Assembly (NCBI GenBank): GCA_963775425.1
Contig: CAVZJB010000011.1
Coordinates: 640,001-704,000, forward strand
Direction: 5' to 3'
From: an uncultured delta proteobacterium
GTDB taxonomy: Bacteria > Myxococcota > UBA727 > VGSZ01
DNA: 64,000 nucleotides
Shown piece after piece: positions 47,499-56,463 of this stretch. The notes under the pieces were generated by a model. The model made no database searches and was not told the origin of the DNA. It was given only the letters and a program-made list of their open reading frames with translations. Both the position numbers and the translations under genes were made by a program. The first letter of the stretch is position 1; the number at the start of each line of letters is the position of its first letter.

Positions 47499-48644
47499 TC
47501 AGCTCTCGCCTGCCACCGCGACGGCGATGCCGTCGCGCAGGCCGGTGTCGCCCGAGATGATCACCTTGTCGCCGGGCTTGACGCCGTCCTCGATGACGAG
47601 CTCGTTTTCCACGCGGCTGCCGAGCTTGGGCTTCACCATCACGGCCTTGCCGTCGCGCACCAGGTACAGCACGGGGCCGTCGGCGGTGGCGACGACGGCC
47701 GACGCCGGCACCACCATGACGCCCTCCTGCTTGCCGAAGTCAATCTCCGCGCGGCCGAACATGTACGGCAGCAGGCCCTCCGCCGGCTTCAGCGAGACCT
47801 CGACGAGGGCGCGGCGCGTCTCGCTCTCGAGCGTGGGCGCGATGCTCGACAGCTCGCCGGCGAGGACGCGCCCGGGGAGCTCGTCGACGGTCACGCGCAC
47901 CGTCTGCCCCTTCTCGAGGCGCCCGACGTCGGAGGCGGGGACCGTGCCCTGCACCTTGAGGCCGGACTGATCCTGCACCACGAACGCCGGCTGCGCGGGG
48001 CTCGTCTGCGCGCCCACGTCGACGTTCTTCTTGGCCACCACGCCGGCGATGGGCGCGGTGACGCGGCTGTCGGCCCAGGCCTGGTTGGCGAGCCCGACCG
48101 CGGCTTCGGCCAGCGCCACTTGCGCCTCGGCCGCCTGCACGCCGACGCCCGCGAGGTGAAAGCCCGCCTCGGCCTGCTCGAAGTCGGCCTGGCTCATCGC
48201 GCCCTTGCCGTGCAGCGCCTGCGCGCGGTTCCACGACAGCGACGCCGTCTGCTGTTGCACCTTGGCGTTGTCGAGGCCGGCCTGCGCCGCCTTCTTCTGC
48301 GCTTCGGCCTGCTTCACGCGCCAGGCGAGATCGTTGGCCTCGAGGACGGCGAGCGTCTCGCCCGCCTTCACCGTCTGGCCCACCTCGGCGAGCACGCGCG
48401 TGATGCGCCCCGGCATTTTGGCGAACACCACGGCTTCGTTCCTCGCGCGCACGGTGCCCGTGATGGCGACGACGAGCGGGAGGTCCTTCTTCTCCACCAC
48501 CGCGACCGCCACCGACGGCGGCTTCTGGGCGCCCTTGTCATCGGATGCGTTGCGCTCGAGCGAGGACTTCACCCGGTAGCCGGCGACGGAGATGAACGCG
48601 GCGCAAAGCGCGACGACGATCGCCGCGATGACCAGCTTCTTCAC
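47499..48644 (-). CDS. RND membrane fusion protein (periplasmic adaptor)
   Basis: N-terminal TM; PGRITRVLAEVGQTVKAGETL lipoyl half, helical hairpin, VTAPIAGVV, LLPYMFG, DGVKPGDKVI. Confidence 0.93.
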   Translation of the reverse strand: MKKLVIAAIVVALCAAFISVAGYRVKSSLERNASDDKGAQKPPSVAVAVVEKKDLPLVVAITGTVRARNEAVVFAKMPGRITRVLAEVGQTVKAGETLAVLEANDLAWRVKQAEAQKKAAQAGLDNAKVQQQTASLSWNRAQALHGKGAMSQADFEQAEAGFHLAGVGVQAAEAQVALAEAAVGLANQAWADSRVTAPIAGVVAKKNVDVGAQTSPAQPAFVVQDQSGLKVQGTVPASDVGRLEKGQTVRVTVDELPGRVLAGELSSIAPTLESETRRALVEVSLKPAEGLLPYMFGRAEIDFGKQEGVMVVPASAVVATADGPVLYLVRDGKAVMVKPKLGSRVENELVIEDGVKPGDKVIISGDTGLRDGIAVAVAGES

Positions 48645-49297
48645 GGGTTGGCCCCGGCGGCCGCCTGGGCGCAAGAGAAGGAAGGAACGTCCTGACCCGT
48701 GCGGCACACGGGGTTCGGCGCGACCACCGCGCAGGTGTCGCTGGACGGCGCCGTGACGAGGCAGCCGTTGCACACGTCGAGGGCGAAGGTGGAGGCGGCG
48801 CCCGTGACGCCGGCGTCCACCACGAGCGGCGAGATCTGGACCACGAGCGTGGCGAACTCGAGGTCGGTGATCTTGCTGTCGTCCGCGAGCTTCTTGGTGA
48901 CGTCGCGCGGCACGAGCTCCACGTTCTCGACCACGCCCTTGCGCACGTCGTCATCCTTGCCGACGAGGAGGACGTCACCGGTGGGCACGTCGCTGAGGAC
49001 CGCGAGCTCCTTGCCGTCGCGCGTGATCTTGACGTCGACGCCGTCGACGCGGGCGTCGGCGCCGGAGATCACCATGCGCAGATCGGCGAGGTAGCCGCCG
49101 TGGGAGTTGTCGGTGGCCTTGGCGTCCATCAAGCCCGTGCCGAGCGCGGCGTCGTCGACCGTGGGCGCGGCGCAGGTGATCGACGTCCGGGGCGGCAGCA
49201 CCTCGACCGTGAGCACGGGCTCGGCGCAGCCCGCCGCCACGACGACGAGAGAGGTAGAGGCGCAGGCGAGGAGAACGGCGAACGGGCGACGGGACAT
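48641..49297 (-). CDS. Hypothetical Cys-containing lipoprotein, first gene of the RND operon
   Basis: AGAAAAGAAAGA before the ATG; VAAGC lipobox; CNGC..C..C..C C-terminus; GTGA overlap with the MFP. Confidence 0.75.
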   Translation of the reverse strand: MSRRPFAVLLACASTSLVVVAAGCAEPVLTVEVLPPRTSITCAAPTVDDAALGTGLMDAKATDNSHGGYLADLRMVISGADARVDGVDVKITRDGKELAVLSDVPTGDVLLVGKDDDVRKGVVENVELVPRDVTKKLADDSKITDLEFATLVVQISPLVVDAGVTGAASTFALDVCNGCLVTAPSSDTCAVVAPNPVCRTGQDVPSFSCAQAAAGANP

Positions 49298-49351
49298 TCT
49301 TTCTTTTCTCCGCAGTTGACGCACGCTAGTTCGAAAGGGTAATCGTTGCAA

Positions 49352-49993
49352 ATGACAAAGTTTCGCAATGCGAAACAAGCCGGGTCGAAAGAAGCCCGGT
49401 CGAGACAAGCCCGGCCGAAACAAGCCCGGCCGAGGCGCCTGAGGCCGACAGAAGTCGCGCCTGCGCCGCTGAAGAGGCCGGCGCCGCGCGCCCGGAAAAA
49501 GGCCGCCGGGCCGCCGCTGTTGGATGCATCGATCGCTGATTCGGTGCAGGACCTCAAGCACCTCGTGCAGGAGCTCGGCCGCATGCGTCCCCTGCGGGAT
49601 CCCATCGCCACCATCGAGCACCCCCTGACCCCCGCCCAGGTCCACAGCCTGCTGTGGCTCGGCGCCGACGGAGCGCTCCCCGCGAGCGTCCTGTCCCACC
49701 GGGTGGGGTGCGGGCAACCCACCATCACCGGCGTGATCGATCGCCTGGAAAAACTGGGCTTCGCCGAGCGCGAGCGGGACACGGGCGATCGCCGCGTGGT
49801 GCGCGTGCAGCTCACGGCGAAGGGACGCACCCTCTACGCGCAGCTCGACGAGCGCATCACCGAGAAGCTCGGCCGCTTCTTCAAGGTGATGCCGCCCGCC
49901 GATCGCGCCCACCTGCTTCGCATCATCAAAGACGTCGTCGAGACATTGCGTCTGGGGGCGTCGTCGCCGTCGCCTGCCTCGGAGGAACCGTGA
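49352..49993 (+). CDS. MarR-family transcriptional regulator (start uncertain)
   Basis: LTPAQVHSL..L, TITGVIDRLEKLGFAER..DRRVVRVQLTAKG winged HTH. Confidence 0.9.
   Translation: MTKFRNAKQAGSKEARSRQARPKQARPRRLRPTEVAPAPLKRPAPRARKKAAGPPLLDASIADSVQDLKHLVQELGRMRPLRDPIATIEHPLTPAQVHSLLWLGADGALPASVLSHRVGCGQPTITGVIDRLEKLGFAERERDTGDRRVVRVQLTAKGRTLYAQLDERITEKLGRFFKVMPPADRAHLLRIIKDVVETLRLGASSPSPASEEP
49372..49431 (+). repeat. Four tandem 15-bp repeats (GAAACAAGCCCGGYC)
   Basis: gaaacaagccgggtc/gaaagaagcccggtc/gagacaagcccggcc/gaaacaagcccggcc. Confidence 0.85.
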
Positions 49994-51603
49994 CATCCAC
50001 ACCCTTGCGTCAGCCGGCCGCCCGGGGGCTTCTCGCCCCGGCGCTCCTCGCTGCCGTCGTCGCGAGCGGCGCGGCCCAGGCCCAGAACAACGGCGCCCAG
50101 CCGGGCACCACGGGGCTGCGGGGGTTGCGCCCGACCACGGCGCCGAAGGTGATCACGCTCGACGAGGCCTTCGCCGACGCCATCCAGCACAGCTACGACC
50201 TGCGCATCGCCGCCGCCCGCCTCGACGAGTCCGAGGCCCAGGTGAAGAAGGCGTGGTCGGCGGTGATGCCGCAGATCTCCTTGAGCGGCCAGTACAACCA
50301 CAACTTCCCCGAGCAGAAGTTCGCCTTCGGCGACCCCAAGCAGTTCAAGCAGCAGGCGCTGCTCTTCAACTCCATCGCGGATCTCACCGCGGCCGCGGCC
50401 GCCGCCAACCCCGATCCGCTCCAGCAGCGCGCGGCGCTCGAGCAGGCGGACACGCTCCGGCAGACCGCCAAGGACATCGCCAACACCAAGGTCACCGACA
50501 TCATCATCACGCCGGCGGACGAGGTGAACGGGCAGCTCCAGATCACGGTGCCGCTGTTCAACGGGCGCGCGCTCCCTCTCCTGCAAAACGCGTATGCCGG
50601 CGTCGACATCACCAAGATCGCGGCGCGGGAGGCGCGCGCTGCGGTGATCTACGGCGTGGCGCGCGCCTACTTCCAGGTCGTCGCGGCCAAGCGCATCGTC
50701 GCCATCACCGATCAGCAGGTGGAGAGCTCCACTGCGCACAAGAAGCTCGCGCAGCAGCAGCTCGACGAGGGCCTCGGCACGCACCTCTCGGTGCAGCGCG
50801 CTGAGCTCGATCTCGCGCGCGCGGAGCAGCACAAAGAGGCGGCTGAGGGCGGCGTAAAGCTCGCCAAGGGCGCGCTCGGCTCGCTCATCGGCGTGGTCGA
50901 GGACTTCGACGTCGCGGAGCCGCCGCCGGTGCCCGCCCTCGAGCAGGGCAAGTCCGCCGACGAGCTGCTGGCGCGCGCGGTCCAGTCGCGCGACGACCTG
51001 CGGCTCGAGAAGCAGGCGCTCGCCGTGGCCGACCACAACAAGCTCGACGCGTGGATGCGCTTCCTGCCGAGCGTGGGCCTGGTGGCCACGGGGCGGGGCA
51101 CGTCCAACACCGGCGGCCTCGTGAGCCAGCCCTTCACCGGCGTCGTCGGCGTGCAGGCGAGCCTGCCCATCTTCGACGGCGGCCTCACGTACGGGACCAT
51201 CGACGAAGCGAACGCCAAGCTGCGCCAAGAGGTGCTGAAGGTGAGGCAGCTCGAGCAGACCATCGAGGAGGAGGTGCGGGGAACGCTCGACGACCTCACG
51301 CTCAAGCGCACCGCCGTGGAGACCGCGGACCGCGTCGCGGCGCTGGCGCACGCGCAGAAGAAGAACGTCGACGACCTGTTCGCCGCAGGCGCCGCGACGG
51401 GCCTCGACGTCACCGACGCCAGCCTCGCCGCGTTCTCCGCCGACGTCGACGCCGCTCGCGCGCGCTTCGACCTGGAGACGGCGCGGCTCGGGCTCGCGTA
51501 CGCCATCGGCGAGCTCCGCCCCGACCCCGACCTGGGCCCCAAGCCGGTGACGGGCAAGGAGGAGGAGCAGGCGCGCTCCTATCTCGACACAGCGAGCGAG
51601 TGA
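49990..51603 (+). CDS. TolC-family outer membrane efflux protein
   Basis: Signal peptide; ITLDEAF, PQISLSGQY, VPLFNG, VARAYFQVV, FLPSVGL, LPIFDGG, FAAGAAT duplicated OEP motifs. Confidence 0.92.
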   Translation: MTSTPLRQPAARGLLAPALLAAVVASGAAQAQNNGAQPGTTGLRGLRPTTAPKVITLDEAFADAIQHSYDLRIAAARLDESEAQVKKAWSAVMPQISLSGQYNHNFPEQKFAFGDPKQFKQQALLFNSIADLTAAAAAANPDPLQQRAALEQADTLRQTAKDIANTKVTDIIITPADEVNGQLQITVPLFNGRALPLLQNAYAGVDITKIAAREARAAVIYGVARAYFQVVAAKRIVAITDQQVESSTAHKKLAQQQLDEGLGTHLSVQRAELDLARAEQHKEAAEGGVKLAKGALGSLIGVVEDFDVAEPPPVPALEQGKSADELLARAVQSRDDLRLEKQALAVADHNKLDAWMRFLPSVGLVATGRGTSNTGGLVSQPFTGVVGVQASLPIFDGGLTYGTIDEANAKLRQEVLKVRQLEQTIEEEVRGTLDDLTLKRTAVETADRVAALAHAQKKNVDDLFAAGAATGLDVTDASLAAFSADVDAARARFDLETARLGLAYAIGELRPDPDLGPKPVTGKEEEQARSYLDTASE

Positions 51604-51635
51604 AACGCTGACGAAAAACAAGGCTCGTAGCAGCA

Positions 51636-51669
51636 CGCGGCGAAGCCGCCCACAAGGTGGCTCGCCGCG
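51636..51669 (+). terminator. Hairpin downstream of tolC (terminator or REP-like)
   Basis: CGCGGCGA...TCGCCGCG stem with an inner GCC/GGC pairing. Confidence 0.45.
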
Positions 51670-51828
51670 CGGAGTACGTGGCGAGGCACGTCGGCGCGCA
51701 AGAACCGCTGCAGGTTGTGAGGAAACGGCGGGTCCGAGCGGTGTTGTGATCCCGCTATCAGCGCAGGTGGCGGGTTCGTGCGGGTCGTGTGCGCGCCGAC
51801 GTGCCTCGATGCGACGTCGGCGCGGACT

Positions 51829-52092
51829 TCAGGCGGTGAGCTTCGCGAGCTTCTGCAGCAGGTTGAAGGCCACGGCTGCCATCAGGGCGACCGTCGTCAC
51901 CCTCGCTAGCCCCCGTACGTAGAGCGTGTCGACGGCGTTGGCGTGCTTGGCGAGACCAGGGCGCGTGCGGTATCGCGCCTTCGCTGCGGCGCTCTTCATC
52001 CACGCCCCGTACGGGTCCAGCCGTGGATCAGGCTTCTGGTGCTTGCGGCGATCGCCGGCCCCGCGCGGCCGCGCTTGAGCTTCACCATGCAA
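51829..52092 (-). pseudogene. Transposase C-terminal remnant (IS1182/IS5-like)
   Basis: WMKSAAAKARYRTR..HANA..YVRGLARVTTVALMAAVAFNL resembles the IS1182-family C-terminal motif; no N-terminal DDE region nearby. Confidence 0.65.
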
Positions 52093-52631
52093 GGTGGATC
52101 AGCTCGAGCCGCACTTTTGGTGCGCAAATCTCGGTGAGTTGCGAGTGCTTGGGCGCTCGGAATCAGCGAAGGCTAGACAACGTCGCCACCGCGGGAGCGG
52201 AAAGGAGCGGAGAGCACGGCGCCCCGGCGCTCAACTCGGCGCGCGTCTTCGTCGCCGAGCTCGGAGCTCCTTTCCGCTCCGCCGTGTGGCCGTAGCACCG
52301 TCCCCTTCCGGGTGGCTCGGATCAACGGTCCATCGGGCCAGCCCTCGTCGCCACTCGCGGCGCTCTCGATGACGCGGATCCCGATGGATCACGTTCCGTC
52401 GGTCGGGTGGCGAGGTATTTGCCGACGAGGACGAGGTAGCCGCCTTTGTCGACGGTCTCCGCGTAGTCCGCCGAGCTCGGGCCCCTGGGAAGCGGACGCG
52501 ACGACGGCGACGCGGTGGTCGGTGAGACGCCGGCGGGGCGAGCCCGATGCGACCGACGGCGGGTGGACAGGCGCGGCGGGGCGCGACGTCGTCAGCGACG
52601 AACGTCGTCCCGCCGCGCATGTCGTGACGCC

Positions 52632-55514
52632 TCAGCGGCGGCGGCGGCGGAGGAGGAGGAGGAGCGCCGCCGGGCCGAGCGACGAGAGCGCTCCGCCCTG
52701 GGCGCAACCGACGGCGCCGTTCGTGCCGTTGGCTCCGGGCGCGCCGTCGGCGCCGGGCGCTCCATCGAGGCCGTCTGCGCCGTCGGCTCCGGGCGCGCCG
52801 TCGGCTCCGGGCGCGCCGTCGAGGCCGTCCGCGCCGTCTGCGCCGTCTGCGCCGTTCGCGCCGTCTGCGCCGTTCGCGCCGTCTGCGCCGTCTGCGCCGT
52901 TCGCGCCGTCTGCGCCGTCTGCCCCGGGCGCGCCGTCTGCGCCGTTGGCCCCGCTGGCGCCGTCGGCCCCGTCGGCGCCGTTGCAGATCGGCGTGGCGAC
53001 GTCGACCTCGGTGTCGCCGAGGACGCCGTCGTCGGCGGTGTCGCCGTCGCCGCCGTCGTCGACGCCGCTTTCGACGAGCACGCCGCCGGCCGGGCACTGC
53101 GCGTCGCCCGCGGCCAGGAGGACGACGGCCACCAGGGCGTCGTGGCCGTTCGCGCCGTCTGCGCCGTCGGCCCCGTTCGCGCCGTCGGCCCCGTTCGCGC
53201 CGTCGGCCCCGTTCGCCCCGTCGGCGCCGTTCGCGCCGTCGGCCCCGTCGGCGCCGTCGGCCCCGTTCGCGCCGTCGGCCCCGTTGCACACCACCGTCGA
53301 CGCGTCGACCTCGCCGGCGCCGAGGAAGCCGTCGTCCGCGGTCTCGCCGCCGCTGCCGTCGTCGACGCCGCTCTCGATGAAGGAGCCGCCGCTGGCGCAC
53401 AGCGCGTCGCCCACGGGCAGCGTGGTGACGGAGAGGAGCGCGCTGTGTCCGTCGGCGCCGTTCGTGCCGTCGACGCCGTCGGTACCGTTCGTGCCGTCGA
53501 CGCCGTTCGTGCCGTCGACGCCGTCGGTGCCGTCGGTGCCGTTCGTGCCGTCGACGCCGTCCGTGCCGTTGCAGATCGGCGTCGCGACATCGACCTCGCC
53601 GGCGCCGAGGACGCCGTCGTCGGCGATCTCGCCGCCGCTGCCGTCGTCGACGCCGCCCTCGACGAGAGAGCCGCCGTTCGGGCACAGCGCGTCGCCGACG
53701 GCCAGGGCGGTGATCGAGACGAGCGCGCTGTGTCCGTCGGTGCCGTCGGTGCCGTTGGTGCCGTTGGTGCCGTCGGTGCCGTTGCTGCCGTCGGCCCCGT
53801 TGCACACGACCGTCGACGCGTCGACCTCGCCGGCGCCGAGGACGCCGTCGTTCGCTGTCTCGCCGCCGCTGCCGTCGTCGACGCCGCTCTCGATGAAGGA
53901 GCCGCCGGTGGGGCACAGCGCGTCGCCCACGGGCAGCGCGGTGACGGAGAGGAGCGTGCTGTGGCCGTCGACGCCATCGGAGCCGTTCGTGCCGTCGACG
54001 CCGTTCGTGCCGTCGACGCCGTCCGTGCCGTCGACGCCGGCCGTGCCGTCGACGCCGTTCGTGCCGTCGACGCCATCGACGCCGTTGCACACCACCGTCG
54101 CCGCCTCGACCTCGCCGGCGCCGAGGACGCCGTCGTCCGCGGTCTCGCCGCCGCTGCCGTCGTCGACGCCGCTCTCGATCAAGGAGCCGCCGTTGGCGCA
54201 CAGCGCGTCGCCCACGGGCAGCGCGGTGACGGAGAGGAGCACGCCGTGGCCGTCGGCGCCGTTCGCGCCATCGACGCCATCGCTGCCGTTCGCCCCGTTG
54301 CAGATCGGGGTCGTCACGTCGACCTCGCCCGCGCCGAGGACGCCGTCGTCCGCGGTCTCGCCGCCGCCGCCGTCGTCGACGCCGCTCTCCACGAGTGAAC
54401 CGCCATCGGGGCACCGCTCGTCGTCGACGGGCAGAGGGGTGATGGAGACGAGCGCGTCGTGGCCGTCGACGCCGGCCGCGCCGGCCGCGCCGTCCGCGCC
54501 GTCCGCGCCGTTCGCGCCGTCGACGCCATCGGTGCCGTTGCAGATCGGGGTCGTGACGTCGACCTCGCCGGCGCCGAGGACGCCATCGTCGGCGGTCTCG
54601 CCGCCGCTGCCGTCGTCGACGCCGCTCGCGATGAGCGAGCCGCCGTTTTGGCAGAGCTCGTCGCCCACGGGGAGGGAGAGCGCGACGAGCAGCGTATTGT
54701 GGCCGTCGGTTCCGGCGGTGCCGTTGTTGCCATCGAGGCCGTCGCTGCCGTTGCAGAGGTTCGCGGTGGTGTCGATCTCGGCGGCCTGCAGCACGCCGTC
54801 ACCGGCGACGCCGCCGTCATCCATGATGGTCTGGAAGTAGTAGTCCTGGCTCGCGTGCGCCGTGAACGGGGGGCCGCTGCCGCCGTGGTCGAACGCGGTC
54901 CCGTCGACGTAGGGGTCCGGGAGGCTGTTGCCGAAGTCCGGGCCGAAGGTGAAAGAGTGCGTGTTGTAGCCGCCCGGGCTGAAGTCGAAGCACCCCGGAT
55001 CCGACGACGCCGCCGTGCCGAGGACGATCGCGTACACCGTCCCCGCCTCGAGCGCCGCGCCCGACGTGAACGTGTAGAGCTGGATGCCCGTCGCCGGCGA
55101 GAAGGTCTGCGTCGCGAGGACGGTGCCGTTCGGGGCGCCGCCCGTCGTGGCTTCGATGCTCACGATCAGGCTCGGCGCGGGGACGGTGGTGAAGTCGTCG
55201 AAGCAGAAGCCGCCGGTCGCGTCGACGTCGAGCTCCACCTGCGTCAGCACGCCGCTGAGCCCGGCCTTGAAGGTCTGTGCAATCTCCTGGTTGTTCCCGA
55301 GGGACGTCCCGCCGTTGTTCACCGACGTCATCGCCTGGTCGGGCCCGTCGAGCGTCCCGCCGTCGTCGAGGCCGGTGTCGATCCGGGTGCCACCGGCGGG
55401 GCACACCTCGCCCGCGGGGATGGGCGTGAGCTCGAGGAGGGACGTTGCCGGGACCGCGGACGCCGCCTGCGCAGCGCCGAGGACGAGGAGTGTGACCAGA
55501 GACGGGTGCTTCAT
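52632..55514 (-). CDS. Large surface protein with 8 Cys-bracketed acidic repeats (DUF7151-like), collagen-like Gly-X-Y linkers and a MYXO-CTERM-like anchor
   Basis: Signal peptide; repeats C.xGG..ESGVDDG..DDGVLGAGEVD...CNG; (GAD/GAN/GTD)n runs; GCAQGG..LLLLLRRRRR end. Confidence 0.9.
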   Translation of the reverse strand: MKHPSLVTLLVLGAAQAASAVPATSLLELTPIPAGEVCPAGGTRIDTGLDDGGTLDGPDQAMTSVNNGGTSLGNNQEIAQTFKAGLSGVLTQVELDVDATGGFCFDDFTTVPAPSLIVSIEATTGGAPNGTVLATQTFSPATGIQLYTFTSGAALEAGTVYAIVLGTAASSDPGCFDFSPGGYNTHSFTFGPDFGNSLPDPYVDGTAFDHGGSGPPFTAHASQDYYFQTIMDDGGVAGDGVLQAAEIDTTANLCNGSDGLDGNNGTAGTDGHNTLLVALSLPVGDELCQNGGSLIASGVDDGSGGETADDGVLGAGEVDVTTPICNGTDGVDGANGADGADGAAGAAGVDGHDALVSITPLPVDDERCPDGGSLVESGVDDGGGGETADDGVLGAGEVDVTTPICNGANGSDGVDGANGADGHGVLLSVTALPVGDALCANGGSLIESGVDDGSGGETADDGVLGAGEVEAATVVCNGVDGVDGTNGVDGTAGVDGTDGVDGTNGVDGTNGSDGVDGHSTLLSVTALPVGDALCPTGGSFIESGVDDGSGGETANDGVLGAGEVDASTVVCNGADGSNGTDGTNGTNGTDGTDGHSALVSITALAVGDALCPNGGSLVEGGVDDGSGGEIADDGVLGAGEVDVATPICNGTDGVDGTNGTDGTDGVDGTNGVDGTNGTDGVDGTNGADGHSALLSVTTLPVGDALCASGGSFIESGVDDGSGGETADDGFLGAGEVDASTVVCNGADGANGADGADGADGANGADGANGADGANGADGANGADGADGANGHDALVAVVLLAAGDAQCPAGGVLVESGVDDGGDGDTADDGVLGDTEVDVATPICNGADGADGASGANGADGAPGADGADGANGADGADGANGADGANGADGADGADGLDGAPGADGAPGADGADGLDGAPGADGAPGANGTNGAVGCAQGGALSSLGPAALLLLLRRRRR

Positions 55515-55611
55515 CGCAGAGCTCCATGGAGGTCCGCGGCGATCTGCGGCGGAGTACCGTGGAGAGACATCGCCCGCTTCGGCCGAGAGTTGAGCGACTC
55601 GCCGCGGAGGA

Positions 55612-56463
55612 TCAGCGGCGCCGATGTCGGTCGAACGCGGACATCAGCCACGCCAGCGCAGAGCGGCGGCGGCGGCGCGTGCGCACGACCCCGGCCAGGA
55701 GCACGAGCGCGGCCGCCGGCGAGCCCGACGCGGAGCACGACTCCGGCGGAGGCTGCGCCGCGTCCTCGAAGCGAGCCACGGTGTCGTCGACGAACGGCTC
55801 GGCGGAGTCCACGCGCGCGTCCCAGCCGTCCTCGTGACAGTTCGGCCCGTCCGAGACCACCGCGATGATCCGCTCGACCCCGTCGTCGTCGACGAACAGG
55901 GCGGGGCCGCCGGAGTCGCCGTCGCAGGTCTGCTCGCCCGCGGCGCCGGAGAAGACGAGCGTCGGCGTCACCTGCGTGATCGGGTACGTCACCGTGCGCT
56001 TGGTGCCGCGCCCGTCGCCGCTCGCTTCGTCGGCGACGCCGAAGCCGACGTGACGGAGGGCGGCGCCGACGTCGGCGTCGGCGAGCGCGTGGCGCGAGAG
56101 CGAGAGCGGCGCCGGGTCCGCGTCGCGGTCGAGCCGCGCCAGCGCGACGTCGAAGTCGTTGCCTTCTCCGGAGTAGTCCGGGTGCCGCGCCCACTCCACC
56201 ACGTCGAAGACGTCGCCGTGGTCGACGTCGGCGCCGACGACGGCGGTCACGCGCACGCCGAGCTCGATGTCGCAGTGGCCGGCCGTGAGCACGGTGCGCT
56301 TGCCGATGAGCGTCCCGCTGCACGTCGGGAACCCGCCGAGCAGCAGCGCCACCACCGCGGGGTCGCCGGGATCGTCCTCGCCGCCGACCACGGCGTGCGC
56401 GGGCGCCGCACAGCAGAGCGCGAGCAGGAGCCCCGCCGATCGGCTCGGGGCGCGACGGCTCAA
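55612..56463 (-). CDS. Secreted trypsin-like (S1) serine protease with a MYXO-CTERM-like tail
   Basis: AHA|VVGG, CSGTLI, VLTAGHC, DVALARL, CDGDSGGP; TTG start overlapping the upstream stop is inferred. Confidence 0.9.
   Translation of the reverse strand: MSRRAPSRSAGLLLALCCAAPAHAVVGGEDDPGDPAVVALLLGGFPTCSGTLIGKRTVLTAGHCDIELGVRVTAVVGADVDHGDVFDVVEWARHPDYSGEGNDFDVALARLDRDADPAPLSLSRHALADADVGAALRHVGFGVADEASGDGRGTKRTVTYPITQVTPTLVFSGAAGEQTCDGDSGGPALFVDDDGVERIIAVVSDGPNCHEDGWDARVDSAEPFVDDTVARFEDAAQPPPESCSASGSPAAALVLLAGVVRTRRRRRSALAWLMSAFDRHRRR

Noticed and set aside
52700-54800. Regularly spaced ~150-bp repeats as a CRISPR or other DNA array
   Set aside because: They are in-frame protein repeats with synonymous variation inside one CDS.
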